From an uncultured Acidobacteriota bacterium (lineage in GTDB: Bacteria; Acidobacteriota; Thermoanaerobaculia; UBA5066; Gp7-AA6), in assembly GCA_963764715.1 (NCBI GenBank), contig CAVXTP010000007.1, positions 1 through 64,000 on the forward strand: a stretch of 64,000 nt of DNA. The letters run 5' to 3'. This document shows positions 32,412 through 41,762 of the stretch, piece after piece (the first letter of the stretch is position 1; every line of letters begins with the position of its first letter). Made by a program: the position numbers and the translations under genes. A model generated the notes under the pieces. The model had not been told where the DNA came from. It saw nothing but the letters and a program-made list of their open reading frames with translations, and made no database searches.

Positions 32412-33416
32412 ATGCGATGGACGGCCGGTACGTTGGGGTTCCTCTGCGCGGCGGCGATGGCGGCGGCCGATCCGCCGACGCTGCGGTACGTCCCGAAGCA
32501 CGACGAGCTGAAGTACACGTTCGGCGGCGTCGCTCCGACGCATCACATCGCCCCGGGAACGAGGATCATCAGCTGGACGGAGGATTGCTACGACGGCGCG
32601 GTGACCCAGCCCGGGCAGCTCCCGAGCAAGGTCCAGCCGGCCGGGCACGACAACCCGCAGACGGGACCGTTCTACGTGGACGGGGCGCAGCCGGGCGACA
32701 CGCTCGCGATCCACATCGAGAAGCTCGAGCCGGCGCGGGCCTACGGCATCTCCTCTCAGTTCCCCGGGTTCGGCGCCCTGTCCGGCACCGACCGCACCGC
32801 GGTGCTCCAGCCGGATCTGCCCGAGCGCGTCTGGTTCTACGAGGTCGATCGCGCCCGGAACGTGGCGCGCACGCGCTCCTCCGACGGCAAGCGCTCCTGG
32901 GAGGTGCCGCTCGCGCCCTTCCTCGGATGTCTCGGCGTTTCGCCGCCGCACGGCGAGGCGCGGTCCACGATCGTGCCCGACAATTTCGGCGGCAACATGG
33001 ACTGCCCGGAAGTGCGCGCCGGCAACACCGTCTACCTCGGCGTGCGCGTCCCGGGAGGGCTCCTGTCCTTCGGCGACGGGCACTACGCCATGGGCGACGG
33101 CGAGATCATCGGGACGGCCATCGAGGGAGCGATGAACGTCGAGCTGACGGTCGAGCTCATCAAGGGCCGGGAGACCCCGTGGCCGCGGATCGAGAACGGC
33201 GAGTGGATGATGTCGCTCGGCGCGGCGCGGCCGCTCGAGGACGCCGCCCGCATCGCTTTCAAGGACATGGTCCAGTGGGTCATGGAGAAGAGCGGGCTCG
33301 ACGCCCTGGACGCCTACCAGTTCGTCTCCCAGAACGCCGTCTCTCCCGTCGTCGAGATGGTCGATCCGCTCTACACCGTCATCGTCAAGATCCCCAAGGC
33401 CCGCCTGCCGAAATAG
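32412..33416 (+). CDS. Secreted acetamidase/formamidase family protein
   Basis: NPQTGPFYVDGAQPGD, FGGNMD and GDGHYAMGDGEI motifs; GGAGG RBS. Confidence 0.9.
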   Translation: MRWTAGTLGFLCAAAMAAADPPTLRYVPKHDELKYTFGGVAPTHHIAPGTRIISWTEDCYDGAVTQPGQLPSKVQPAGHDNPQTGPFYVDGAQPGDTLAIHIEKLEPARAYGISSQFPGFGALSGTDRTAVLQPDLPERVWFYEVDRARNVARTRSSDGKRSWEVPLAPFLGCLGVSPPHGEARSTIVPDNFGGNMDCPEVRAGNTVYLGVRVPGGLLSFGDGHYAMGDGEIIGTAIEGAMNVELTVELIKGRETPWPRIENGEWMMSLGAARPLEDAARIAFKDMVQWVMEKSGLDALDAYQFVSQNAVSPVVEMVDPLYTVIVKIPKARLPK

Positions 33417-33417
33417 C

Positions 33418-34449
33418 GGGGTCAGGTCTTCATTTTTCGGATTTTCCGGGGCCCCGGCGGCTTCGCGACAATTCTCTTATGAATGGCTCGACCCTTGCGC
33501 CTCGAGCACGCCGGGGCCCTGTGGCATGTGACGAGCCGGGGGAATGAGCGACGAGCCATCTTCCGGAATGATGCCGACCGGAAGCGGTTTCTGTCGATCC
33601 TCGCCGACACTGTCGAACGGTTCGCCTGGACGCTCCACGCCTACGTGCTCATGGGGAACCACTACCACCTGCTCCTGGAGACACCCGAGCCCAACCTTTC
33701 TCGCGGCATGCATCGGATCAACGCCATTTACTCGCAAGGGTTCAACAAGCTCCATGAGCGTGCGGGTCACCTGCTGCAGGGGCGCTTCAAGGCAATCCTG
33801 ATCGAACGAGAGCCCCATCTGCTGGAGCTCGTCCGATACGTCGTCTTGAATCCGGTGCGCGCCGGGATTGCCGAGAGCGCCGGCGAGTGGCCGTGGAGCA
33901 ACTACCGCGCGACCGCGGGACTGCAGCGTCCGCCGCAGTGGCTGGAAACCGCGTGGACCATCGGGCAGTTCGGGGGCGGCGAGGGGGCCCGGACCGCCTA
34001 TCGGGAGTTCGTCGCCGCCGGAGCCGCGGGGCTCGCCGAGCCGTGGAAGCGCATTGCGGGTCAGCTCTTCCTCGGTGGCGAAGAATTTCGGCACCGGATG
34101 CGGGAGCTGGTCAAGAACGTTTCCGTCAGCACGGAAGTGCCACGTGCGCAACGCCTTCCGAGCCGACCGTCGCTGGAGGAGGTCGTCGGCGCGTCGGCGC
34201 GAGTTCTGCAGGTCGACGCTCGCGAGGTCCGTCGACCGAAGCGAACGCCGCTGAGGCTGGCGATCTCCTACATCGCTCGACAAGACACTCTGACGACTCT
34301 GGCGGATCTCGGAGGCGTCCTGTGCGTTTCGGCGTCGTCCGCCTGCGAGATCGCGGCGTCGGCGAGGCGTCTGCGGCAGCGGTCTCCCGAGTTTCGGATG
34401 CTCCTGAAGAAGATCCGTTCCGAAATCCGAAAAATGAAGACCTGACCCC
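33418..34449. mobile_element. Inverted-repeat-bounded HUH/Y1 transposase element
   Basis: 28-bp inverted repeats at 33418-33445 and 34422-34449 flank the transposase gene; no target-site duplication visible. Confidence 0.9.
33483..34445 (+). CDS. REP-associated tyrosine transposase (RAYT/IS200-like HUH Y1) with C-terminal helical DNA-binding-like domain
   Basis: WHVTSRGNER, YVLMGNHYHLL (HUH), RYVVLNPVRAG and WPWSNY motifs; stop codon lies inside the right inverted repeat; codon usage looks less GC-biased than neighbours. Confidence 0.93.
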   Translation: MARPLRLEHAGALWHVTSRGNERRAIFRNDADRKRFLSILADTVERFAWTLHAYVLMGNHYHLLLETPEPNLSRGMHRINAIYSQGFNKLHERAGHLLQGRFKAILIEREPHLLELVRYVVLNPVRAGIAESAGEWPWSNYRATAGLQRPPQWLETAWTIGQFGGGEGARTAYREFVAAGAAGLAEPWKRIAGQLFLGGEEFRHRMRELVKNVSVSTEVPRAQRLPSRPSLEEVVGASARVLQVDAREVRRPKRTPLRLAISYIARQDTLTTLADLGGVLCVSASSACEIAASARRLRQRSPEFRMLLKKIRSEIRKMKT

Positions 34450-34460
34450 ATAATACGTGC

Positions 34461-35138
34461 ATGCGGGTGTGGAAGAAGGTGGTGATCGGGCTCGGCGTGC
34501 TCGTCGTCCTCGCCGTCGGCGGCTTCACCTACATGATCGGCGGCCCGCGCAACCTGATCGGCATGCTGCGCTACGACCAGCGCGAAGAAGGGACGCTGAA
34601 GGTCGGCGACCGGGCGCCAGACGTCGGCCTCATCGCGCTCGACGGCTCGACGCCCGTCCGGCTCTCGAGCGAGCTCGGCGGAAAGCCGACGGTCCTGATC
34701 TTCGGCAGCTTCACCTGACCCCCCTTCCGCCGCTCGGTCGAGCGGGTCCAGGCGATGCGCCGGAAGTACGCCGACCACGCGCGATTCGTCACGCTCTACA
34801 TCAAGGAAGCACACCCGCTCGACGAGTGGCAGATGGACTCGAACGTCGACGAGGGCGTCTGCTATCCGCAGCCCACGAATCTCGGCGACCGCCTGAAGAT
34901 CGCCAACGACTTCGTCCGGCGCTTCCACTACGACGGCCCGATGTACGTCGACCCGATCGAGAACCCGGCCAACGCGGCCTACGCGGGCTGGCCCGAGCGC
35001 CTCTACGTCGTCGACGAGTCCGGCACGATCGTCTACAAGGGCAAGCCGGGGCCCTTCGGGTACCACCCCGAGGAGGTCGAGACCTGGCTCGCGAAACGGT
35101 TCCCGGAGGTCAGCGCGCCGCCGGCGCCGGCCTCCTGA
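34461..35138 (+). CDS. Iodothyronine deiodinase-like selenoprotein (Sec at UGA 34716-34718), 225 aa
   Basis: FGSFT-UGA-PPF in frame with YIKEAHPLDEW and YAGWPERLYVV; N-terminal TM; SECIS-like hairpin downstream. Confidence 0.9.
34730..34745 (+). promoter_or_regulatory. Bacterial SECIS-like hairpin
   Basis: Stem CCGCTC/GAGCGG with loop GGTC, starting 11 nt after the in-frame TGA. Confidence 0.75.
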
Positions 35139-35610
35139 ACTCGTTGCGCCGTTTCCAGAGGTACACGAGAATCGCCAGGTTGATCGCGAGCAGGACGTAG
35201 CGCCGCGCGCTGCCCGGCCGGCGCGCGATCTCGTAGATCTCGGCCGGCACCGCGGCCGCCGTCAGCAGGATCGTGAGATAGGGCGACCACCAGAGGCGCA
35301 GCAGGAGGCACGTGCCCTCGGCCGCGAAGACGAGCCCGATCACGACGGCGGCGAGGCCGAGCGCCTGGACCTGGCCCGGCGTGAAGGCTGAGAGAATCGC
35401 GGCGACGTGCCGGACGGTGACCCGCCCTTCGTCGACGCCGAACGCGCGCGCGATCTCCAGGGGCTGGGAGTGGCCGGGCAGCCGGGCGATCCTCAGCGCG
35501 GCCACCCCGACGAGCAGGAAAGCGGCGCATTTGAGGAACTTGAACACGATGATCCCGACGAATCCGGCGGTCAGCGGCGGGCGAGCCGGGGGCGCTCCGG
35601 ACGTGGGCAT
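35110..35610 (-). CDS. DUF2127-like membrane protein
   Basis: IIVFKFLK, AEGTCLLL..WW..YLTI..T...VPAEIYE and NLAILVYL motifs; overlaps the 3' end of the deiodinase gene. Confidence 0.75.
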   Translation of the reverse strand: MPTSGAPPARPPLTAGFVGIIVFKFLKCAAFLLVGVAALRIARLPGHSQPLEIARAFGVDEGRVTVRHVAAILSAFTPGQVQALGLAAVVIGLVFAAEGTCLLLRLWWSPYLTILLTAAAVPAEIYEIARRPGSARRYVLLAINLAILVYLWKRRNEFRRPAPAAR

Positions 35611-35697
35611 GGAAACCCGGAGTGTCCCACACCACCCCCGCGGGGCCCGTTTCCGGTTATGCTCGTCGGGCCCCGTTCGGGGCTTCGGAGGTCCTCG

Positions 35698-37641
35698 ATG
35701 TCCCCTGGCTCCACCCCCCGTCGCCGCATCGTCTTCGCGGTCGTCGGGTTTCTGTTCGCCCTCTCTCTCCGGGCCGCCACCTACCAGGCCGGCTCGGACG
35801 CCGACCTCGCGCGCCGCGCGCCGGTGATCGTCCGGGCCTCGGTCGTCTCGAAGGAAGCGCGTCTCGAAAGCCTCGGCGGCCGGCTGCAGCCCTTCACCTT
35901 CGTCACGCTGGCGACCCTGGAGAAGATCCGGGGAGAGGTTCCGGCGGCCTTCTCCGTCCGGCTCCCGGGAGGACGCGTCGGGGACACCGTGGCGTGGATC
36001 CCCGGCACGCCCGTCTTTCGCGTCGGCGCCGAGGTCGTATTGCTCCTCGAGCGCGTCGAGGGGTCCGTGCGGACCTACCGGCTGACCGAGTTCGGCATGT
36101 CGAAGTTCGACCTCGAGGCGGACGACGACGGACGCGTCTTCGCCGTGCGCCGTGCGTTCGACTCCCGGGAGGACATCGTCGCCGCCGACCGCGGCGACGT
36201 CCTCGCCGCGCTCGACGAGAAGTCCACGATCCCGGCCCGCGACGCCGAGTCGTTCCTCGCGGCGCTGCGGGCGATCGGCGCCGGGCGGGAGCCGGGCGAG
36301 ATCGCGTGGCGCGAGCGGTCGTCGAAGGACGGCGCCGGCCGCCGTCCGAAGTGGAGCAACATCGGCGGACGCGAACCGGGCGACTGCGACACCGACGGTC
36401 CGTGTCTCTTCCGGTGGTTCTGGGACACGGGGGCCTCGGTCGACGGGGTCGTGACCGTGACCGGGACCCAGACGAACCTGACGGCCGACGACGCGGCGGG
36501 CTGCGGCACCGACTCGATCTGCGACGTGCAGAACGGGATCGACGGCTGGACCGGGATCGCGGGGACCCACGTCGTGTACGGCGGCGTGTCGCCGGCGGGA
36601 AACGTGCGGATCGAGCTCGATTCGATCCGGGACTTCAACGGCGGCAGCGCCTGGACGACCGCCCTCGGCTGCGGCGGCGGGGTCATCGGCCTCGGCGGTC
36701 CCATGGAGGCGACCGGGCCCCGCACGTACCGCGGCGACGCCACCTACTACGCGACGCAGAGCGGCAACGTGTCGATGCGCAAGATCACGTGCGCCGCGGG
36801 CTACTCCGCCCGCACCTTCAAGACCGCCGTGATGCACGAGATCGGTCACACCCTCGGCCTCGGGCACCCCGACGACGACGTCAGCACGCACAGCACCACC
36901 CCGTCGAGTGCGTGGACCGGCGCCGTGATGCACTCCGTCGTCCCCGCTTCGGCGCCCGAGGCCCCCCAGGCCGACGACATCCAGGGCATCGAGTATCTCT
37001 ACACGACGGGCCCCCTCGGCACGCTGCCGTCGGCGAGCTTCACGTTCGCGCCGGCCGCGCCGGTCGCGGGCGCCCCGGTCCAGTTCACCGACGGCTCGGC
37101 CGGCGGCACGACGGTCTGGACGTGGAGCTTCGGCGACCCGAGCTCGGGCTCGAGCAACGCCTCGACGGCGCGCAACCCGAGCCACACCTTCGCGTCCCCC
37201 GGCGTCTACACGATCACTCTCGCCGCGGCGAGCCCGAGCGGAACGGGGACGACGTCGAAGACCGTGACGGTCGCGCCGGGATCGACCGCCTCGTGCACGC
37301 CGAGCACGACGACGCTCTGCCTGAGCAGCAACCGCTTCGCGGTCACGGCCGCCTACCGCTCCAATCAGAGCAGCGGCAACGGAACGGGCACCGAGCTGAC
37401 GGCCGACTCGGGCTACTTCACCTTCTTCAGCGCCGCCAACATCGAGGTCGTCGTCAAGGTCCTGAACGCCTGCGGGCTCCAGCCGCCCAGGTTCTGGGTC
37501 TTCGCGGCCGGCCTGACGAACGTCGAGGTCACGCTGACGGTGAGGGACACCGTGTCCGGCGCGGTCAAGACCTACGTCAACCCGCTCGGAACGCCGTACG
37601 GCCCGGTCCAGGACACGAGCGCCTTCTCGACCTGCCCCTGA
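35698..37641 (+). CDS. Secreted matrixin (M10-like) metalloprotease with PKD domain and C-terminal beta domain
   Basis: HEIGHTLGLGH, AVMHS Met-turn, WSFGD..NPSHTF PKD motif; GGAGG RBS before ATG 35698. Confidence 0.85.
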   Translation: MSPGSTPRRRIVFAVVGFLFALSLRAATYQAGSDADLARRAPVIVRASVVSKEARLESLGGRLQPFTFVTLATLEKIRGEVPAAFSVRLPGGRVGDTVAWIPGTPVFRVGAEVVLLLERVEGSVRTYRLTEFGMSKFDLEADDDGRVFAVRRAFDSREDIVAADRGDVLAALDEKSTIPARDAESFLAALRAIGAGREPGEIAWRERSSKDGAGRRPKWSNIGGREPGDCDTDGPCLFRWFWDTGASVDGVVTVTGTQTNLTADDAAGCGTDSICDVQNGIDGWTGIAGTHVVYGGVSPAGNVRIELDSIRDFNGGSAWTTALGCGGGVIGLGGPMEATGPRTYRGDATYYATQSGNVSMRKITCAAGYSARTFKTAVMHEIGHTLGLGHPDDDVSTHSTTPSSAWTGAVMHSVVPASAPEAPQADDIQGIEYLYTTGPLGTLPSASFTFAPAAPVAGAPVQFTDGSAGGTTVWTWSFGDPSSGSSNASTARNPSHTFASPGVYTITLAAASPSGTGTTSKTVTVAPGSTASCTPSTTTLCLSSNRFAVTAAYRSNQSSGNGTGTELTADSGYFTFFSAANIEVVVKVLNACGLQPPRFWVFAAGLTNVEVTLTVRDTVSGAVKTYVNPLGTPYGPVQDTSAFSTCP

Positions 37642-37647
37642 GCCGGG

Positions 37648-38829
37648 CTACGCGCGCCGCTTTCGCAGGTCGGCTCCCGCGAGCCGCCGCGACGCGTCCC
37701 GGAGGGTCGACTCCCGCTTCGCGAAGTTGAACCGCGCCTTCGTCTTCCCGCCCCCGCGGGCGTAAAAGCTCGAGCCCGGCACGGCGGTGACGCCGACCTT
37801 CCGGGCGAGAAAGTCGACGAAGGCCTCGTCGTCCTTCCAGCCGAGCGCGGCGGCGTCGGCCATCACGTAGTAGGCGCCTTCGGGCGGCGAAAACGTGAGG
37901 CCGGCCGCCGACAGGGCCGAGAGCAGGATCTCGCGACGCGCCGCGTACTGGCGGCGCAGGTCGGCGTAGTAGGCGTCCGGCAGCGCCAGCGCCGCGAGGC
38001 CGGCGGCCTGGAAGAGCGTCGGCGCGCAGATCGTCAGGTAGTCGTGGACTTTGCGCACGAGGCCGGTCAGCCGCGGCGCGGCGACGGCCCAGCCCACCCG
38101 CCAGCCGGTCACGGCGTAGGTCTTGCCGAGCCCCGAGAGCGTCACCGTCCGGTCCTCCATGCCGGGCAGGGACCCGAGGCTGACGTGGCGGTGCGGCTCG
38201 AACCAGATGTGCTCGTAGATCTCGTCGGTGACGGCGACGAGGCCGTGGCGCTGGCAGACCTTCGCGATCTCCGCCAGCTCCTCGCGGGAGAAGACGCGGC
38301 CCGACGGATTGCCGGGCGTGTTGACGAGGACGAGCCGGGTGCGGGGTGTGATCGCCCTCGCGAGGCGGCCCGGGTCGAGGCGGAAATCGCGGCCCGTGAG
38401 CGGGACGAAGCGCGGCCGGACGCCGGCGAGAACGCAGGCGGGCACGTAATTCTCGTACCAGGGCTCGAAGATCACGGCCTCGTCTCCGGGCTCGGTCAGC
38501 GCGAGGACCGCCGCGGCGACCGCCTCCGAGACGCCGCAGGTGATCGTGACCTCGGTGTCGGGGTCGGCGCGGATCCCGTTGAGGCGCCCGGTCTTGGCGG
38601 CGACGGCGGCGCGGAACTCCGGCATGCCCCACGTAAATCCGTACTGGTGGCTCGCCGGGTCTTCGGCGGCTCTCGCCAGCGCGGCGACGAGCGATGCGGG
38701 AGGCTCGAAGTCGGGCAGCCCCTGCGCGAGGTTCACGCCGCCGACCTCGGCATGGAGCCGCGTCATCTCCCGGATCACGGACTCGCAGAACGGACGCGTG
38801 CGCCGGGAGAGGGCGCGGACCGAAGTCAT
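37648..38829 (-). CDS. PLP-dependent aminotransferase class I/II
   Basis: NLAQGLPDF, NTPGNPSG, DEIYEH and GKTYAVTGWRVG motifs. Confidence 0.93.
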   Translation of the reverse strand: MTSVRALSRRTRPFCESVIREMTRLHAEVGGVNLAQGLPDFEPPASLVAALARAAEDPASHQYGFTWGMPEFRAAVAAKTGRLNGIRADPDTEVTITCGVSEAVAAAVLALTEPGDEAVIFEPWYENYVPACVLAGVRPRFVPLTGRDFRLDPGRLARAITPRTRLVLVNTPGNPSGRVFSREELAEIAKVCQRHGLVAVTDEIYEHIWFEPHRHVSLGSLPGMEDRTVTLSGLGKTYAVTGWRVGWAVAAPRLTGLVRKVHDYLTICAPTLFQAAGLAALALPDAYYADLRRQYAARREILLSALSAAGLTFSPPEGAYYVMADAAALGWKDDEAFVDFLARKVGVTAVPGSSFYARGGGKTKARFNFAKRESTLRDASRRLAGADLRKRRA

Positions 38830-38952
38830 CGGACCCGGATTATGACGCGGTGCGGCGCAGGTTCGGCTTCGGCGCGAACGGCTTCGGTGCTAACATTCGT
38901 CGAACCTGGCGCTCTCGGGTGCGACGCTTCGGTTCGAGGAGGGGAGAACCGC

Positions 38953-39357
38953 ATGGCAGGATGGGGCCGGGATCAACACCAGCCGGAGCCCTGGACGTAC
39001 GAGGGCCGCGCGATCCTGAACGCCGCCGGGTGGACGCTGGCCAAGACGATCTTCGAGGCCGACGCCCGCCGCATCGTGGCCGCCGTCAACGACGTCCTGG
39101 GGATCCCGACGGCCGCCCTGGAGTCGGGCTTCATCCGCGAGATCCTGGTTCCGCGGCCCGAATCCACGAGCGCGGTGACGATCCGGATCCACCCGCTGCC
39201 GGCCGAAACGGCCGCGCTCGACCCGGCGGAGTTCTTCATCCACGACCGCCGCGTCGGCGACCGGCGGCAGGGCGACCGCCGCAAGGGCGATCGTCGCCGC
39301 GGAATGGCCGAAAACCCGCGGATCTTCTCGGTCGCCGACGGGTCCTCGGGCCGCTAA
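38953..39357 (+). CDS. Small hypothetical protein with C-terminal (D)RR repeats
   Basis: GGAG RBS before ATG 38953; DRRVGDRRQGDRRKGDRRR. Confidence 0.7.
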   Translation: MAGWGRDQHQPEPWTYEGRAILNAAGWTLAKTIFEADARRIVAAVNDVLGIPTAALESGFIREILVPRPESTSAVTIRIHPLPAETAALDPAEFFIHDRRVGDRRQGDRRKGDRRRGMAENPRIFSVADGSSGR

Positions 39358-40487
39358 CGCGCGGCCGGGCCGCCGCCCGGCGCCTTCGACGCTCCCGCGG
39401 CGTTGACGACGACGTGCCCCTTCATCGACGCGCCGTGGACCGTGCAGTAGTAATTGAACGAGCCCGCCTGCGTGAACGTGAAGGAATACTGGAAGGGTCC
39501 CGTGTGCGCACCGGAGGCGAAGATCCCGTCGCCTTCGCAGGACCCCGGATCGTAGTAGCCGCCGTTCGTGCACCTTCCGGACGTCACGCCGTGCTGCATC
39601 GTGCCGTCCCAGACCCAGGTCACCGTGTCGCCGACCTGGACCGTGGTCGTGCTGCTGTGGCTCTGGTCGTCCGTGAAGGCCATGCCCGCCTGTCCCACCT
39701 GGACGGTGTGGTTGACGGACCCCGCGACGGGCGTGGTGTCCTCGGCGCCGCGCACGAAGATCGGGTCGGTCGTGTTGTTGTCGAGAACGGACGCGTAGGA
39801 GAAGACCTCGCCCGAGGCCGCGACCACGACGAGGGCGTTTTCGGTCGCGTGCGCGGCCTGGCCCGCGACCTCGAAGATCTTGTTGACCTGCACGCCCGAG
39901 TGCCCGGCCACGCTGCGGGTCACGGGGGAGCCGACCGCGACGCCGCCGTCGAAGATCGTGAAGGTCACGTTGACGGAAGCGTCCTCCCGGTTGAACACGC
40001 CGACGTTGGTCCGGAAGCCCTGGTTCGGGCCGCCGTTGCGGATCGAGGTCAGGACGGACCGGGCATGCGCCTCGGAGTTGTCGAGGCCGGGGATGAACAT
40101 CCCGACGGTCGGCGTCGGGGCGGTCGAGAAGAGCCGGCTCGTCACGACGAGCTGCCCGGCCGCGCCGGTGAACTCGAACTCGACGCCGCCCGCGGTGTTG
40201 GGCGCGAGGAACGTCGCCGCGACCATGTCGTCGAAGGCCCGCGACTCCCGGGGCGCCAGCGTGAACTGGACCTGCGGCGCGCCGACGGCCGAGCACGGCG
40301 ACGGGATGAAGCAACGGTAGCGGGCCGTCACGCCGAGGGGCGTCGCGTAAGAGGTGTTGAAGGCGCGAACGTCCGAGAAGAACGGCGCGCCACCGACGAT
40401 CGAGGCGGCCGCCGGAAGCGTGACCTCTTCACCGCGGGCGAGAAGCGTGACGAGCAGGACGCCGAAGCCGAGAAGGATCTTGCGCAT
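39354..40487 (-). CDS. Secreted protein with C-terminal cupredoxin (plastocyanin-like) domain
   Basis: Signal peptide; GDTVTWVW..MQHGV and YYCTVHGASMKG type-1 copper ligands. Confidence 0.8.
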   Translation of the reverse strand: MRKILLGFGVLLVTLLARGEEVTLPAAASIVGGAPFFSDVRAFNTSYATPLGVTARYRCFIPSPCSAVGAPQVQFTLAPRESRAFDDMVAATFLAPNTAGGVEFEFTGAAGQLVVTSRLFSTAPTPTVGMFIPGLDNSEAHARSVLTSIRNGGPNQGFRTNVGVFNREDASVNVTFTIFDGGVAVGSPVTRSVAGHSGVQVNKIFEVAGQAAHATENALVVVAASGEVFSYASVLDNNTTDPIFVRGAEDTTPVAGSVNHTVQVGQAGMAFTDDQSHSSTTTVQVGDTVTWVWDGTMQHGVTSGRCTNGGYYDPGSCEGDGIFASGAHTGPFQYSFTFTQAGSFNYYCTVHGASMKGHVVVNAAGASKAPGGGPAAR

Positions 40488-40586
40488 GGTCTTTTCCGGC
40501 CAGCCGGCCGGACCCCCACGACCGAGGCTATGACCGCTCCGCCGGCCCCCGCCGCGATTTAGGGAACGTTTAGGGCCCGGGCGGGG

Positions 40587-41543
40587 TCAGGGCAGCGTCG
40601 CCAGACCCGTCCGGGGCTGGTACGTCGATCCCGCCGGCAGGACGGCCAGACGCACCCCCGTCGCGCCGAGAACCGAGGTGGCGTTCGGGGTGATCGCCGC
40701 CCCCCGGGCGTCGTAGACGACCGCGACGCTCTCGCCGAGGACCTTCCAGACTCCGGCCGGCCCGACCTCGAGGGCGGTCGATTCGTCGATGCCGATGCCG
40801 ACGAGGGAAGGGTTCTCGAGGATGACCGAGATCAGGCGGTTGTTGCGCCGGCGCCGGACGTGGTGCTGGTCGATGACGACGCCCGGAAGGAGTCCGAACC
40901 CTTCGGCCGTGACGACGTTCTCGCGCGCGATCGTCATGAAGGCGTCGCTCGAGTCCTTCTCGGGAGGCCGGCTTCCGCCGGGGCGGCGTTCGTCCCCCGT
41001 GATCATCGGCGTCGTCATGACGGCGGCGCCCGCGGACGTGCCGCCCACGACTGCGCCGGCCCGGTACCGCCCGGCGATCGCGGCCTGGACCGGGGTGTGG
41101 AGCAGGGCCGCCGTCAGACGCGACTGGTCGCCGCCGCCGAACCAGATTCCGGTGACGCCGTCGAGCCGCCGCGCCGCGCTCTCGGAATCGGCCTCGGCAT
41201 GAGTCAAAAGGACCCGTTCGGCCGAGGCCCCGAGCCTGCGGAGGTGCTCGACCATCTCGACACCCGCGTCGGCGGACTCCGACGCCATGGGGAAGACGAC
41301 GATGCGGGCCCTCCCGGCGCCGCCGGCGAGCGCCACGAAGCGCTCGACGATCGAATCCGGGATGGGCCCTCCGCCGACGATCAACAGCGTTCCCTTCGGC
41401 GCCGCGGCCGCGCTCGAGGCGGGCGGCGGCGTGCCGGCGGAACAGGCGAGCACGCCAGCGAGCGCGAGGACGGCCGCGAGGCATCTCGCGTGGCGACCCA
41501 CGTTCGGCGGAACTCTCAACGCGACCTCCTGACCGGAAGTCAT
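40587..41543 (-). CDS. Cyanophycinase (S51 peptidase), probable lipoprotein
   Basis: GGGDQSRL, GTSAGAAVM, IDQH and GIGIDESTAL motifs; lipobox VLAC; start uncertain. Confidence 0.85.
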   Translation of the reverse strand: MTSGQEVALRVPPNVGRHARCLAAVLALAGVLACSAGTPPPASSAAAAPKGTLLIVGGGPIPDSIVERFVALAGGAGRARIVVFPMASESADAGVEMVEHLRRLGASAERVLLTHAEADSESAARRLDGVTGIWFGGGDQSRLTAALLHTPVQAAIAGRYRAGAVVGGTSAGAAVMTTPMITGDERRPGGSRPPEKDSSDAFMTIARENVVTAEGFGLLPGVVIDQHHVRRRRNNRLISVILENPSLVGIGIDESTALEVGPAGVWKVLGESVAVVYDARGAAITPNATSVLGATGVRLAVLPAGSTYQPRTGLATLP

Positions 41544-41762
41544 CGGCCTCCGGAAAGCCCATCATCGCGTACGCGATTTTGAATTCTCGCCGCGCGAGCG
41601 CTTTCGCACGTTTCGCTCTTTACGCGGCGTGAAACCGCGATAGCATAAATGCAACTTTCAACGGGAGCCGTCCACTCGATCTCGGAGGCGTGCGCGCACG
41701 ATGAGTCGAAGCCACTGGAACGCGGCGGAGTTTCTCGCTTTTCTTTGAGGAGGAGGTCGCCT

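Noticed and set aside
24759-34449. GGGGTCAGGTCTTC repeats as a CRISPR array
   Set aside because: The copies are inverted pairs kilobases apart rather than direct repeats with regular spacers, and there are no cas genes.
34461-34718. Stand-alone 85-aa ORF and separate 127-aa ORF 34755-35138
   Set aside because: They are in frame across a UGA at the catalytic position of a deiodinase motif, so they were merged into one selenoprotein.
41560-41762. Riboswitch (e.g. cobalamin) in the TonB receptor leader
   Set aside because: No B12-box, TPP or c-di-GMP consensus was recognisable by eye; an Rfam search would be needed.
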